A DNA stretch of 64,000 bases from contig NC_045697.1 of assembly GCF_009834535.1 (NCBI RefSeq), positions 188,001 to 252,000 on the forward strand. The letters run 5' to 3'. The position numbers and the translations under genes were made by a program. This document shows, in pieces, positions 13,763 to 26,918 of the stretch. Source of the DNA: Camelus ferus (Eukaryota). Below the pieces are notes generated by a model. It saw only the letters and a list, made by a program, of their open reading frames with translations. It had not been told where the DNA came from and ran no database searches. Each line of letters begins with the position of its first letter. Position 1 is the first letter of the stretch.

Positions 13763-14149
13763 GTGAATGAACAGACCTATTTAACTGAGCAGCCAAAGCT
13801 CCAGGTCCAGTGGGGCCGGGCTCCGCGTGGACAGCCCGTGTGGGTGACGCCCCGGTCCCGGGTGTCTCCACGGGCTTCAACATGTAGCGGAGGACGAGGC
13901 TGTGCGTACAGGTGAGTGCAGTTTGAACTTTGACTTTTCTCCTCTTTCAGTGCTTGCGAATTGATTAAATTTGCCTTGAATTACACTTCACGAGTATATT
14001 GTAGCCATAGGAGAAGTTGGCTCCGTGTAACTCCTTCAAAGTGTCATCTCTGGGGCACAAACACTTGTGCGTATTCAGATTTTCTCCTGAGTGATGTTTC
14101 TGATTGACTGTTGCACTGTTGGCCACGTGGGACTCACCCATAAGTACTG
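13763..14149 (+). other. PCGF3: Candidate PCGF3 5'UTR (non-coding) exon cluster; exact structure uncertain
   Basis: Acceptors ttttaagcag| (13763) and ttttctcctctttcag| (13951). Donors |gtgagt (13912) and |gtaaga (14150). Non-repeat island ~3 kb upstream of the ATG exon, which begins only 9 nt before the ATG, so upstream UTR exons must exist. Confidence 0.45.
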
Positions 14150-16959
14150 GTAAGAACTTCCTTACAGGACTGTGTGTGTCACACGTGACTGACATGGAAG
14201 TGAGTAGCAGGAGCCGTTTCTGTGCTAGAAATGGGAAGAGGAGGAGAGACGGAAGGAGGGCCCCGAGGTGAGGAGCCAGAGCGCAGAGGGGACGGTGGAT
14301 GAGGAGCCGCCGAGTCATGGCCATAGCCCGAGCGCCGGTGCAGAGGCAGGAGGAGGGGACGGCGCCGTCTAGCGGAGGTGGGGGACGTGGCTTTCTTGGG
14401 CCTGCTCTGCGCCGTCTGGGGAAGCATCTGAGGGGCCGGGCCCGGGCCTGCAGTTTTGTGGAGGGCACAGGACAGGCAGCCTTGAGCCTCTGCCCCAGTC
14501 CAGTCCAGGTGGGCCCCACTCAGTGTGCGGTGTCGGTGTCTGGTGTCTGGTGTCGGATGCTGTGCAGAGCCTGAGAGCGAGGGGGCTGGATGGGACCCTC
14601 CTGAGGTGGTGGTGACAGGGTCCCAGCTGAGCGCAGCTGCTCCTGCGCCCGAGGCCGGCAGAGCCCCAGCCTCTGACTGTGGGTGGTTACCGAGCAGGGC
14701 CCCTCTTCCAGGCCGGTCTTGGCTGGCCGTCAGCAGGTGCTTCGTCTTTCCTGGTCCCTGTGCCCCTGACGGTGTTACGGAGGGACCTCACCTACTCGGG
14801 GCTTGTTTGCCGTCCCTGCGGGCTCCCGCAAGGGGGTGTGTCCTCCTGGGCATGCGGCTCCCGCCTGAGGCCCCGCCTCCCTTGCAGCTGCAGGTGTCCA
14901 GCGGGGGTCCTTGGAGACTGTATGGCTCCTCTGGCTGCTCACCAGTGTCCCTGAGTGGGTCACTGCAGGTGCTGTCTTGGGGTGACCTCACAGTCCCCTC
15001 CTGTCTGTCGGCCCACACTCGTCTGTGAGGAAGGGTGTCCCTTGCTTGTCTGCCTGTCCGTCTGTGTGGCCTTACAGGCCTTGTGTTGCTCCGTTGGTTA
15101 CAAGTAGTGGCGACAGTTGTCCCCAGCCTGAGCACAGCGGCCCCTTGTCCAGCCCTGGGTCGTCCGCGTGTCCAGGCTGCACCAGCTCCTCATACGGACA
15201 GTGATGTGTGCACAGGAGGCCCCGGGGCCACCCAGGAGTGGTCACTCCTAGGCCCCCTCAGCAGACAGAGCTGGGAGGTGGGTGGGTGAGTCCACCCCAC
15301 CCTCGCCCCCGCCCCCACCTCCGCAAAGGAGGCGTGGAGCCCGGCCCCGGGTCTGCGTGAATTTGGAGCTGGTTTGGTTCTGGTCTGGCTGTTGGGTTGG
15401 TGGTGGGTGTGAGTGTGTCTCGTGTGTGAACAGCACCCCCAAGATGGGGCCGGGTGCTGGGCCCGGTCAGGGCGGCTATGGAGGAACGTCCCCAGTGGGC
15501 GCACTCCTGTGCTGCTTTGCTCTGCTTGGGAGCGGCTCCAGGGCTTCTGTCCTCTGAGTGCTTGTTCCCAGCGCTTCCTGCTCCGCCGGCGAGCCTGGCC
15601 CTCCTCACAGATCCCAGGCCAGTCGAGCCCCCGTGAGAGCCCCTCCCACCGAGCCCCTCCAGTCTCTCCTGTCTGGTGGTGGCCGCGTCTGCTCCTGTGC
15701 TCGAGGGGAGGGCAGACCCGGGTAAGCGAGCACACGTGCCTGCCTCCTGCCTCACTGCCTGGACCTAGCGCGTCACTGCTCCTTCTCTAAGTGCACTGAG
15801 TCTGCAGCCTTGCTGACCACCTCAGTTTGCTCTGACGGTTGGTTCTGGTGGGTTTCTGCCCAGGTGACGAGATCATCTCCTGGCAGCCCCTCCCCTCCGG
15901 GCCCTGCACTGCCTCTCAGGCCGAGAGGCCTCGTCCGCCCAGAGGTCTCCTTTCCTTTGCCTTTTCTTAAACAGCACTGGACGCAAGCGTGTCTGCGGGG
16001 CAGCCCGCGAGCCGCCTGCACTGTGGCCACTGGCCGAGGCTGAGCCTGCACCCCGGTGGAGCCTTGGGCCCTCCTAGGTCTGTGCCTCTGTCTCCTGGAG
16101 GCAGTGCATTTCTGTCTGTGCAGCCCTGTTGGGGATGCTCGTCTTGAAGCTTGTCCTCGGATCCTGCTCGGTGTCAGCATTCAGGCGAGTCTCCTACCTC
16201 TGCTGCAGCCGATCACCAGGAACCTAGTGGCTGAAGCCATGCAGGCCTCTCACCTACCGGCGCTGCAGGCCAGAGGTCCCAGACCTGCTGAGGGCTCCGG
16301 GGAGAGCCCTTCCTCTGCTTCCTGGCACACACTGTATCAGGCCAGACAAAGCCTCATGAGCCTGCGGTCCAGCTGGAGAGACGGTCAGAGCTGCCACAGC
16401 TCAGGGGCACCCCCGGCCACCTGGGCGGGGAAAAGGTGTCCACACTCTGGGGCACATGCTTGGACTTCTGTGATGTCATGTGTGTGCTGTGCTTCCCCCA
16501 GTGGGCGGGGACCTTGCCTGCTCCCTGTGGTCACCTTCACGGAGGGCCCAGAAGCTCCAGCAGACCCCTCAGCCCCTTACCGAGGCCCAGCGAGGCCTGC
16601 CTGCTCCCTGGCCCCTCCTCCCGCAGCTCCACAGACCTTCCATCCAGCTCCCCAGCTGACCTTGCTCGGTTCCGAGCAGGAGGAGAGGGTGGGGGCTCGG
16701 AAAGAGGGCAGTGCCACAGGGGTTTTAGGAAAGAGTGCTTGCCGAGTGCTTGTTACGGGCCCCTCGGCGAGCACTGCTCGGGGGCGGGGAGAGGACAGTC
16801 CCAGTCGTCCTCCGGGAGGCGGTCGGCTGCAGTGAGGACAGAGGCCTCACAGGTGGAGGCCACGCCCCAGGGCCTGCATGCACCCTGCCTCAGGCCTCCT
16901 CACCTGCGCTCCTCCCGGTCAGACTGTAACTCTTTACACTGAACCTGAACCTTTGTTGA

Positions 16960-17346
<387 letters not shown>

Positions 17347-18008
17347 TGACAGAATGTTCCTTCCCAGTGGAGAGCAGTGTTTATTTTTGCAGTTTCCAGG
17401 CTAACGCTGTAGGTGTTTTAAACAAGGAGCCTGGTGTCCTCCTTGCGGCCGGCCGCCTGGCTTGGTTTTAGACATGTAGCTTGTGCAGAGCGCCGCCTCA
17501 CCTGTCTGTAGACCCCAGTTTACTTGGGGCTCATCTGTGAGGACGCTGGTGAGGAGCCCACCTGCAGAGGTCCAGGGCATTTCCCTGGACGGGTCTTTAC
17601 CCTTAACGCCAATGACTGATCTTGTATTTTCACTGTAGAAAATCAAAGATTTGCCAGTTTTGATCAAATCTTTATTTTAAAGTTAATTCAATTTTTGGAT
17701 ATCGGCTGGCAATATTTTATTTTATTTCGTTGAATTTTGTCTCATTTTGTTTTATGAAGAAACTTGGGTGGTCTTTTAGCTTGAGGAATTAGCCCCGGCA
17801 CGAGTGTCCACACGGGCCGCTGAAGATGCGTCTTCTGGTCCCGCATCCCCACTGGGATTTCTCTCCCTCCTGGGTCCTGAGCCTCAGCTCTGTCACGTGG
17901 GCGGAGGCAGGCGCCTCATCAGAGTGCTGCGGGGTTGCGGGGTCCCTGTGGCCTCAGCCTGCGCCCCCTCCCCTCTGACACTGGGCTCGCCTCCCCCCCG
18001 CCCCGCAG

Positions 18009-18105
18009 TCTGCCGGAGCTGCCTGGTGAAGTACCTGGAGGAGAACAACACCTGCCCCACCTGCAGGATCGTCATCCACCAGAGCCACCCCCTGCAGTAC
18101 ATCGG
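18009..18105 (+). CDS. PCGF3: PCGF3 coding exon 2 (RING finger C-terminal half)
   Basis: ccccgcag|TC... encodes (F)CRSCLVKYLEENNTCPTCRIVIHQSHPLQYIG. Donor GG|gtgagt; phases are consistent. Confidence 0.97.
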
Positions 18106-18677
18106 GTGAGTGGCCCGCAGGGCTTCTGCTGCCCCAAAAACCTGAGTCCGACCCTTTGAGAGACCTCAGGACCCGCTGGCCTGGCTGTGGTTTCCTCTGC
18201 AGTGGCAGCGGCCCTGGGACCCGCCTTTCTACCAAGGATCTCGGCCCCTGTGCCACCCCCGGGGTCCTGGGGGCCGTGAGTCAGGCCACAGAGGCGGGAG
18301 TTTTGGCCTGTGGCCCTCGGGCAGATTAGGGGCTGTGGAAGGAAGTAGAGCCACTCACGCGTGGGTTCAGGAGGAGAGGCCCGTGTGCTGGTCTCTCCGG
18401 ATGCACTGGTGTGTCCTGTGTGCCCGCGGGAGGCCTTAGAGACGTGGGAGAAGCGAAACGCTCTGCAGAGGGAGGCCGCTCGCAGCCCCAGAGCCCGGGC
18501 CCATCCTCTCTGTGCCTCGTCTTGACTCCCCTGCTCCCCACGCTGGAGGCCTCCACTGTGGGCTCTCAGGTGCCGGGCCGTGAGCCACGTGCCTCCCCGG
18601 CTACACCTGGCCTTCGGGGTGGCTCTTTCCTGGTAACCCTGTCCCTCGACCCTTGTGGCCAGAACCACACAGGCCCG

Positions 18678-18745
18678 GAGTGGTCATCTGGCCAGAGTGG
18701 TCATCCAGTTGGAGTGGTCATCTGGCCAGAGTGGTCATCTGGTAG
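18678..18745. repeat. 17-bp tandem repeat x4 (gagtggtcatctggcca)
   Basis: Units at 18678, 18695, 18712 and 18729. Confidence 0.9.
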
Positions 18746-19754
18746 CACCCATCGTACCAGGCTGGTTCAGAGCCTTGTTCCTGATGTGGCCTTCTGCTCC
18801 GCCCAGACCCCGCAGTTGCCTGGGAGGCCTCCAGCTTCAGGGTAGGGCAGTGAGGGGGGTGGTAGCAGGGCCTGGCGTCTGCACTCACAGACCCAGACCG
18901 TGACTGAGGACAGGAGGAGAGCTCTCAGGGTCTGGGGGTCAGTGAGGCAGCCCTGCACCCCTCAGGCCCCTCTTACAGCCGAGAGCTTCTGTCTTGTGGG
19001 CTGGTGGAGACCATGGACCGTGAAGAGGTGAGGGGTGTAGCCTCTAGCTCGGAGTAGGCGTGGGGCCGTTTCAGGGGCTCCCACACCAGGGGCCTGGGTG
19101 GGGCTGGCCCCGGGAGGAATGTTCCCTCCCCAGCTTGCAGTTCCCTGACAAGAGATTCCCCCAGACCCTCCACTGTGGGCCCTCGCCAGGCTTGGGGGCC
19201 CAGATGTTGAGCAGTGGGGCAGCGGTTCTGCCTGGCGCCCCATCCTTGTGTGGGGGGGTGAGCTTTACGAGGAGCCGGTGGGGTCAGTAGGAAACAGTGA
19301 GGGTACCACGGGTACTGAAGGTCCGCGGTGTCTGCACGTCTGTGTGTGTGCGTGTTACCCGTGACGCGAAATGTGCTGCTCAGCAAGGATCACGGTCAGG
19401 AAAGTTGGAGAAGCCCTCTCTGACCCGGCGCTCCACAGGACCCGGGGACCCTCGGAGCCTGGCGTCTGTCAGAGGTTGGCAAGCCCAGCGGGCAGAGAGC
19501 CCTCGTCACCAAAAGGGTCTTGTCTGTGTCATTGTTTGGAATGTTCGTAAGCATCTAGAACCCAAATTAAATGATGCGTTAATTCAGGCTACATGTAATT
19601 CTTCCTAACACAGACTTTTTAAGTGCAAACTGGAAGCAAAATTCAACCAAAACTCCAAATTTGTGATTGTGGAGTTTGACACTGTTGGGTGGAAAATGTG
19701 TGAGTTACAGAATTGCCATTTCGAGCTAACCCACCTGTTGTGTTTTTTTGCCAG

Positions 19755-19810
19755 TCATGACAGGACCATGCAGGATATTGTTTACAAACTGGTCCCAGGC
19801 CTCCAAGAAG
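19755..19810 (+). CDS. PCGF3: PCGF3 coding exon 3
   Basis: tttttttgccag|TCATGAC... encodes HDRTMQDIVYKLVPGLQE. Donor G|gtaagt. Confidence 0.97.
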
Positions 19811-22559
19811 GTAAGTGTCAGAGCGCCCACAGACCCCCATGTCTGCAGCATGGCCTCCGAGGGCTTTTCTCTGACTGCAGGGCCCTTCTGGCCACACCAC
19901 CTTCACGCTCATCCCTGCCCTGAGCTCCCTTGTCTCTCACGCCTCCGCCCCTTCGTTCAGGACGGCACAGCTGGTGCTTGGGCGGTGCTTGGGCGGTGGG
20001 GGTGCAGCAGGGAGCTGGGGCGGAGGTGCAGCCAGGAGCGCGTCAGTAAAGCTTGACTATTTATTGCCGAATCTCACAAGAATTAAAAAGAAATACTGTG
20101 TAGTCTGAACGCCCTGAAAGTGGAAGTGGCTGTTCTTTTTAAAACTTGCCCACAGTGCTGCACACAGACACTGTCCTGCTCTTGGTGAGGGGGCCGGCGG
20201 CCTCAGAATCCCGTCCGGTGTGGGTGGTGGCTGGTGAGGCAGTGCCAGCCAGTAAAACCTAGCCGCAGCTTTCTTCCGGAGATAAGCGATGTGAGGAATT
20301 CATTTGGGCTGTGTTTTCTCATTGTTGTTTCAGAAGAAGGTGATAATTTATTTAAAATACAGCTTCCTGTGGTAGGTCAACAGATGTTACAACTGGCCTT
20401 CAGTACGTAACTTAGGGAGTAATACTGTCTTCTTTCAGTGTTCACGGAATTCATTCATACAAGAGTTTAAATCTCCTGAGTAAATGTAGATAGGAACAAA
20501 TCTTTTGATATCTGAAGGGTTTTTTATTTCTGGAAAAAGGCAAAGAATGCATGAAGATAAAATTCTGAAACCTTTAAAAATTATTGTAGGGTATTTAAAA
20601 CATGCAGAAGGCAAAAATCTCGAGAAGAACCCCACGCCTTTGCCACCCAGGGTCAGGAGTCGCCACCTTGCGGTGAGGCCTGTTTCTCTGCCCACCCCAC
20701 CCCCCGCCCATCTCTTACTTCATCTGTATACATTGCCATTTGTGTCCCCAAAGAGGATTCTCCTCAGAACCCGGAACCACCATCCTGGTCGGTGTAGGCG
20801 CCCCACCGTCCCCCGGGGTCTAGTTTGTGTCTGTCAGCATCCAGGTCGGGCCGCCGTGGCCCCTCTGCGGTCCCTAAAGACCCCTGTCCCATAAGCTGGT
20901 GGGATCGAGAGGCCCGATCGGACTCCGGCGCACGTTTTCCAAGCTAACTCCCCGTGGTGCTCCAGGCAGTTGTTCCATCAGGTCGGGCCCCCCCCCCCCC
21001 CGTGGGTGATCCTGGCCGCCAGGCCCCGCAGAGCCGCAGCCGGGATTCCTCATGGCCGCACAGCCTGCCCTCCAGTCTGTTTTCCTTCTCCATTGATGAG
21101 GGATGCTTCCATGAAGACGCAGTCTCTCCTTGGTTTCCCTGAGGTCCTTCCTCTCTGTACGGAAACGGAAACACAGAGCAAATGTGTGAGGTTTTCCTAT
21201 ATTTGTTTACAGAGTGTGAGTTGGTTTCCCAGCCACTCTGGCTGCAGTCAGATGGCTTGAACATGTACGTGGTCGCAGTTTATTGCAGTCACTGTCCTTT
21301 TTGAAGCTCAAAACCTCTCCCCCCTCGGCCAGCGGGCACCTGGCACCTTGGCCCCCTGGAGCCAGCCGGCAGGGCCTGGGCAGCAGCACCTCAGGCCAGT
21401 CATTGGCGCATGGGGTGCACGAAGACGTGTCATTAGCAGAGCCCTTGCTTATGGAGGGAGCGGTGCAAGTGTGAAGACCCTGCCCACGTCTCGAACAAGT
21501 CTGTGCAGGCATCACCCCACCCTGTCAACAGCCCAGCGTGGTAGCGGGTAACGCCACGTGCCAGGGAGAAATTGTAGAGATTCCAGAATTCTCCAAGTTC
21601 ATGCTCTGATGCCCAGGGCAGCCCGAGCTCTGCCCTCAGACCAGGGTATTTTCTGGGTAGGCAAGTGATTGGTTTCTCTACTTCTCAAACTCTCAGTCCT
21701 TTGTTGCTCTTTTAAAGATCATTATAACTTTGAAATCCTTAACAGCGGGACCGATGTCTCTGGACATCGCAGGCTGTCTGCAGCTTTGGTTTTGTCGTGA
21801 CAACGTTGTAAAGCTGGCCTCCCAGACAGGGCCTCTCTCGAGTCCTCCCGACGAGCCAGGTGCGTTTCACCCTGATGTCTGGCGGAGAGACGGAGCAGTG
21901 ATGTGCCGGGGCGTGTCTTGGAGAGTGGCGGCCTGCCCTCCACAGCCCCTTTGAGCTGTTCCCCTGTGACCAGGCCTGTTCGTGGCATCCAGCCTCCCAC
22001 ACGTTTTGGGAAATAAAATCAGCGGCTTTGTGGACTCAGTGGGTTGCTGGCTGGCTCCATTTTTCTGTTCCCTTGTAGATGAGACCTTTTTGACGGGAAA
22101 CTAGTTTTTCATCATTTGTTGTTTTTGTTTCTATAGTTTTTTAAAAACCTCTTTTGCCAGAGGCCACATCTTTACCTATAAACTCGATCAAGTTGTCAGT
22201 GCGTCACGCTGCCCCTCGCGTCCCTCCCTCTGCATGGACTGTCCGTCTCACCTCTCCCAACAGACACTTAGGTGTGTCTCAGTTTTGCTCTAACGTAAGG
22301 GAGGGGCTCAGGGAATACCCTTCTACAGACGGTGTGGACGTCTGTGACTTCAGTGAACACACCTGTGGCGTTGCTTTGGAAGGGGAACTGCTTCAGCCAC
22401 TATCTGCGTTGCTCTTCCTCTGCCTCTGTGCCCTGGCAAGACAGGAGTCAGCAAACTGTGGCCACAGACCAGATCAGCCCCTCCTGTCTGTGTGTGGCTC
22501 TGGAGCTAAGAGTGCTTTGTACATTTTTAAATAGTTGGAAAATTTTTTTTTAAATGGTA

Positions 22560-23620
22560 TTTTGTGATGTGACAATTTCACGAGCTGAAATGTCCAAGAA
22601 CAGTTTGTGGGAACACAGCCCCGCCTGGTGACGCATGTCTGTGTCACACTCAACGGCACAGTGGTAATCTGACCGCCAGCCCAGAGCCGTGTTGCGGGTC
22701 AGACTGTTCCAGCGCCAGCACCGGCCATGTGCAAACCAGCAGAGCAGGGAAGCGGGGATGGAGGCCTCCAGCTTTTCTGCCACAGGGACGTGTGGACGGT
22801 TTTGCTACAGGATTGTCCTTGTCAGCTGTGGAAGCAAATTGTTTGTCTTGCGCTGATGCTACGTCTGTGCTGAAATACAAGGGTATAAGATGTGTTGGCA
22901 TCAGACCAGACCACTCAGAGGAAGCAACTTTTGGAAAGAATCGAAAATTTAAAATGGAATGTCTCATCACAGCAGAATTTCTTCACAAAAATAAAAAAGA
23001 GCATAAAAGTGCAATCAAAGTAAGTTTCTGATGGGCTCATCTGTTAGTCAGACTAGGAGAATCATTTACGGATGAGGAGCTAATGAAACACTGCAGCAGC
23101 TGAGGGGTCTGTGCAGAGCAGGCGGGGCGGGCAGGGGCTGTCGGGAACAGCAGGCGGGTGGCTGGGGGCTCCTGGGCGCTGGGCGCCCCTGCGTCTGCTT
23201 GCTGTGCGCACGGTGGGTTTGAGATGATGGGAGGGTCTGCCCTGTGCAGTCTGTAGGACTCAGCCGCCGGCGAGGGTTTTCAGGGAAATTGAGGAAATGC
23301 TGATCGGTACAGGACGAAGCGGGATCTGCTAAGAATGTTACAGCCAGTGTTGGTAAAATACATGTGGGTCAGTGAAATGCTTAGTTGCACAAATAAGCCA
23401 AACGTGAAAATTAAGGTTTTCGACGAAAGCTCATCACGTTTCTCGTCAGCCGGCTCCGCGCAGAAATACTTCGGTCTTTCATACCTTCTGAACCAAGCTG
23501 TTGACATCACTCTTTTGGATGTAATTCACTTGAGTGAATTTCTGTGAGAATTGAAAGCTGAATATCCCAGCTTTCCCTCCGCACTGTACTTCAGAGCCTT
23601 CGCGGTGGTGGTTTATCTGG
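22560..23620 (+). mobile_element. hAT-Charlie DNA transposon relic (SPIN/GTF2IRD2-type transposase)
   Basis: Degenerate translations CLSCADATSVLKY (BED finger-like), FFTKIKKEHKSAIKVSF*WAHLLVRLGESFTDEELMKHC and EFL*ELKAEYP resemble Charlie transposase motifs. Confidence 0.65.
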
Positions 23621-23799
23621 GGGGCAGAGGGGTTGAGCGAAGGGCTGACTGAAGTTTTTCCCGAATGGAAAGACGCACCTTTAGCCAGGCCACACCCTGA
23701 GTCGCTTCAGAGGTCAGCTTTCGCGGAAGCCCAGGTGATGTTTCTAATGAGCCCAGCCCGACACCAGGCAGCGTGAGCAGAGGTGGACACCCTCTGAGA

Positions 23800-24520
23800 G
23801 AACCAAGGAGGAGCGCCGGCGGTGAAAACACAGAAACGAAGGCTCTGTTTGACAGGCTGAGTGGACTGGACACAGCCCAGGGGAGACTCTGAGCTAGAGG
23901 GCCTCTCGGTACAGACCCCGAAAACTGAAGAGCAAAGGGGCCGCGGGGCGACCTCAGAAGGTGTCACAGGCACGTGGCGGGAACTCCAGAAGAGAGAGAG
24001 GAAGGGCCTGAAGGAGCCCTGAAACAGTATGACCGACACTTTCCCCAAAGTAGCATCAGACACCAAAGCACAGATCCGGGAAGCTCAGAGAACACCAGGC
24101 AGGATATGTGCAGGGAAACTACACCAGCCGTGACAGTTTCAAATTACAGAAAATCAAGGAAAGAAGAAATCCTGAGAGAAGCCGGGGGCGGGGGCGCTTT
24201 ACCTGCAGAGCAACCAAGAGAAGAGTTACACATCCGACTTCTCCTGGAAACCAAGCGAGAGGGAAGTGAACTGTTCACAGGGTCGGGAGAAAAAGCCAGC
24301 AGCCCAGGATTCTCTGCCTGAGGAGCTACCCTCCAACAGAAGATAAATAAAGACTTTCTAACAAAAACTCAGGCAACCTGTGGCCAGAAGACCCGCCTTC
24401 TGGAGATGTTGTTGAAGAAGCCCCTCAGAAAGAAGGATGAGGGGCAGAAACTCAGATCTCCGTAGGGAACAGAAGAGCATCGAAGGAGGGATCAATGAAG
24501 ATCAAATAAAAACGTTTCCT
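23800..24520 (+). mobile_element. Old L1 ORF1 region
   Basis: caaagcacagatccgggaagctcagagaacaccaggcagg...caaattacagaaaatcaaggaaagaagaaatcctgagagaagcc. Confidence 0.65.
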
Positions 24521-24544
24521 TTTCTCGTCCTGTTTTTCCCAGGT

Positions 24545-24597
24545 GCTCTTTTGTTTGTTTGTTTTAATTGAAGTGTAGTTGGTTTACAGTGATTCGG

Positions 24598-24635
<38 letters not shown>

Positions 24636-24740
24636 TCTTTTCAGGGTCTCTTCCATTACATGCTGTGACCGGAAATTGAATGTAGTTCCCTGTGCCATAC
24701 GGCAGGTCCTTGTTGTTTCCCTTTCTTGTTTTTAATTTAA
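24545..24740 (-). mobile_element. Cetartiodactyl L1 3' end containing (CA)16
   Basis: ttttaattgaagtgtagttggtttaca...ttgaatgtagttccctgtgccatacggcaggtccttgttg. Confidence 0.7.
24601..24632. repeat. (CA)16 microsatellite
   Basis: Read directly from the sequence. Confidence 0.95.
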
Positions 24741-25203
24741 TAAGTAACTTTTTGTTCAAACTGATAATGGTGACGCTGCACCCGACATGAGTGCTTAGAT
24801 ACACACTGCACGTGTGTACACACGTGCTTAGACGTGCGTACACACGTGCTTAGACGTGCCGGGGGGACGAGCAAAGTGACCAGCGACACAAGGCCCAGGA
24901 GGGAGGAGTCGGGGTTTACGCCTGTGGAAGCACACAGCACACCCACTGCCTGGGAAGCGCTCAGATGCCACCTGCAGTGGACTCGGTCAGCAGTGACGGG
25001 CACTGCAAACTCCAGGGCAACCACTACAGACAGCAGAGAAAAGCAGTATGACCGCCGCGCCGAGAGAGGAGAGGAGATGGGACCTTGTAAAACGCTCAGC
25101 GACAACCACAAAGGACAGAACGGGGTGGGAGGCAGAGCAGCACCGAAGGACGAGGGCGGCGGCCTGAGCTCGGGCACACGTGCGGCGGCTGTGACTCCCA
25201 CCA

Positions 25204-25545
25204 CAGGCGCCCCGGGGACGTGGACGCCGCGGTTCCGTGGACCAGCAAAGCGGATGCGGAGTTTCTGGTTTCCCGGTGCGGCTGGAAGTTTTGTTCACAC
25301 GACGCTGATCTGTTACAGCCTGCGGGGGCCACCCTTTGATCAGAACAGTTTATTGCTGAAAACCGCCCGCCTCCACCGAGCCTTCAGCAGGTCGCTGCCG
25401 TGACACCAGAGATCCCTGGTCACAGACGCCATGACCAGCACAGTGACGGTGACAAGGCTGAATCAGGCCGTGACACGCAGACGGGACGTGAGCAGGCAGG
25501 GTGAGCAGCTTGTCTGATGCCGCGTCGCTGCACCTTCTGCCTCAG
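25204..25545 (-). mobile_element. Internally deleted Tigger1-derived element (TcMar)
   Basis: gtttctggtttcccggtgc...tttattgctgaaa...gagccttcagc joined to gatccctggtcacagacgccatgac...gtgacacgcagacgggacgtgagca; these match the two Tigger1 ends as I recall them. Confidence 0.55.
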
Positions 25546-26807
25546 TCAGCGGGGCTGCCGCCCCGGAGTTCACCACCCCTTGTGGAGACCATGGAGATGG
25601 GCTCACGGCCTCAGGCAGTGCGATTCAGGCCTTCGATCCTGTGCCTGTGTTTCTGCTTATTTAAGGGAATAATTTCAGGCTAATCCAACTTTCCAGACTC
25701 ATCATTTTAGCCCCAGTGTTCCCGTCACTCCGGGCTGGCCCGCGGCTCCGACTCTCCCACGACCTCTGTCCCTGCACAGCTGGGTGTTCTGGCGTCTGTA
25801 GGTCCAGCAGGCGGGTTTCTGGCCCTCTCTAGACTCATGGTTTTAGGAGAAGGCAGACGAGCAGGTGTCAGCGCAGCCAAGCTCACTGGCTCAGATGCAC
25901 ATGAATGCTTCCTGCGGCGTGATTTGTAGGTTGCTGGTTTGAGCTGAGTTTGAATTTCCTTGGCTGCCTGCGTGTGGCCCTGAGCCACGACTGAGGCTTC
26001 ATCACGGGATGGGGCGTGGAGTCACAGGCGGAGCATCGGCTAAACGTCGGTTAGTAGCCACCTTGGGTCCCGGAGTTGGCCTTTCCCGGGTCACGCTTGG
26101 GTGCAGCCTGCAGCAAGGCTGAGTGCTCGCAGGAGGTGGCGTGGTGACCGTCACCCCCTCGGGTGGGGACCCTCTCCCTGTGGTGGGCGGTTCAAGCGAG
26201 CTGTGACAGCTATTCCTGGACACCAGGGCGGCCCCACAGCAGGTGTGCAGACGATGTGAACTCCGGCGCCCCTTTGCTTGCTCCGAGATGTCTCTGTCCC
26301 AGGAGGATCCAGTGTGGCTGTGCACGGAGTCGGGAGAACCAGCGGCACCTCAGGTCGCTGGGCTGCGCTGTAGGGGTGGGGCTGCTAGGCCAGGTCCCCT
26401 GGCCGGCTGCCCAGTGGTCAGCGAGATGGGGGGTCTGACAGGCCAGCGGTGAGGCTTCCTGACCCACTGCCAGGGACAGATGATGGCTCAGTCCTGGACA
26501 CCGGCCTGAGGGTTGAAACCATGTCCTCTCTTCCTGGCCCCGCAGCCCCGGGTCTGCATGGCGGGCGCTGCCAGGGCCCAGTACGTCCGGGCGATAGGGG
26601 TTCCCACTCCCTGGCGCTTCCCACTGGCCGCAGCTGGCCACTGCCCCGAAATTCTATGAGCGGTGTCCAGATTTGTTACTTTCTCGTCAGTAGCAGCTTC
26701 AAAACCTTGTGATCCAGGTCTGCGATTTCCTTCCTGTGATGTTTGTGAGCATTTTAATGTAACCATTGCCTACTTAAGATTAAGGATTGTATGTTAATTT
26801 TTAATAG

Positions 26808-26918
26808 CGGAAATGAGAAAACAGAGGGAATTCTACCACAAATTAGGCCTGGAAGTGCCTGGAGACATGAAGGGGGAGGCCTGTTCTGCGAAACCACACT
26901 TAGATTCCCATCGGAGTG
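26808..26918 (+). CDS. PCGF3: PCGF3 coding exon 4
   Basis: tttttaatag|CGGAAATG... encodes AEMRKQREFYHKLGLEVPGDMKGEACSAKPHLDSHRS. Donor G|gtgagt. Confidence 0.96.

Noticed and set aside
16056..16835. 259-aa ORF with a signal-peptide-like start (MEPWALLGLCLCLL)
   Set aside because: GTG start, intronic, no domain or splice support; likely chance in GC-rich sequence.
18678..18745. CRISPR-like array
   Set aside because: Adjacent units with no unique spacers, in a mammalian intron; a simple minisatellite.
22560..23620. Domesticated hAT transposase gene
   Set aside because: Stops, frameshifts and large deletions; a fossil only.
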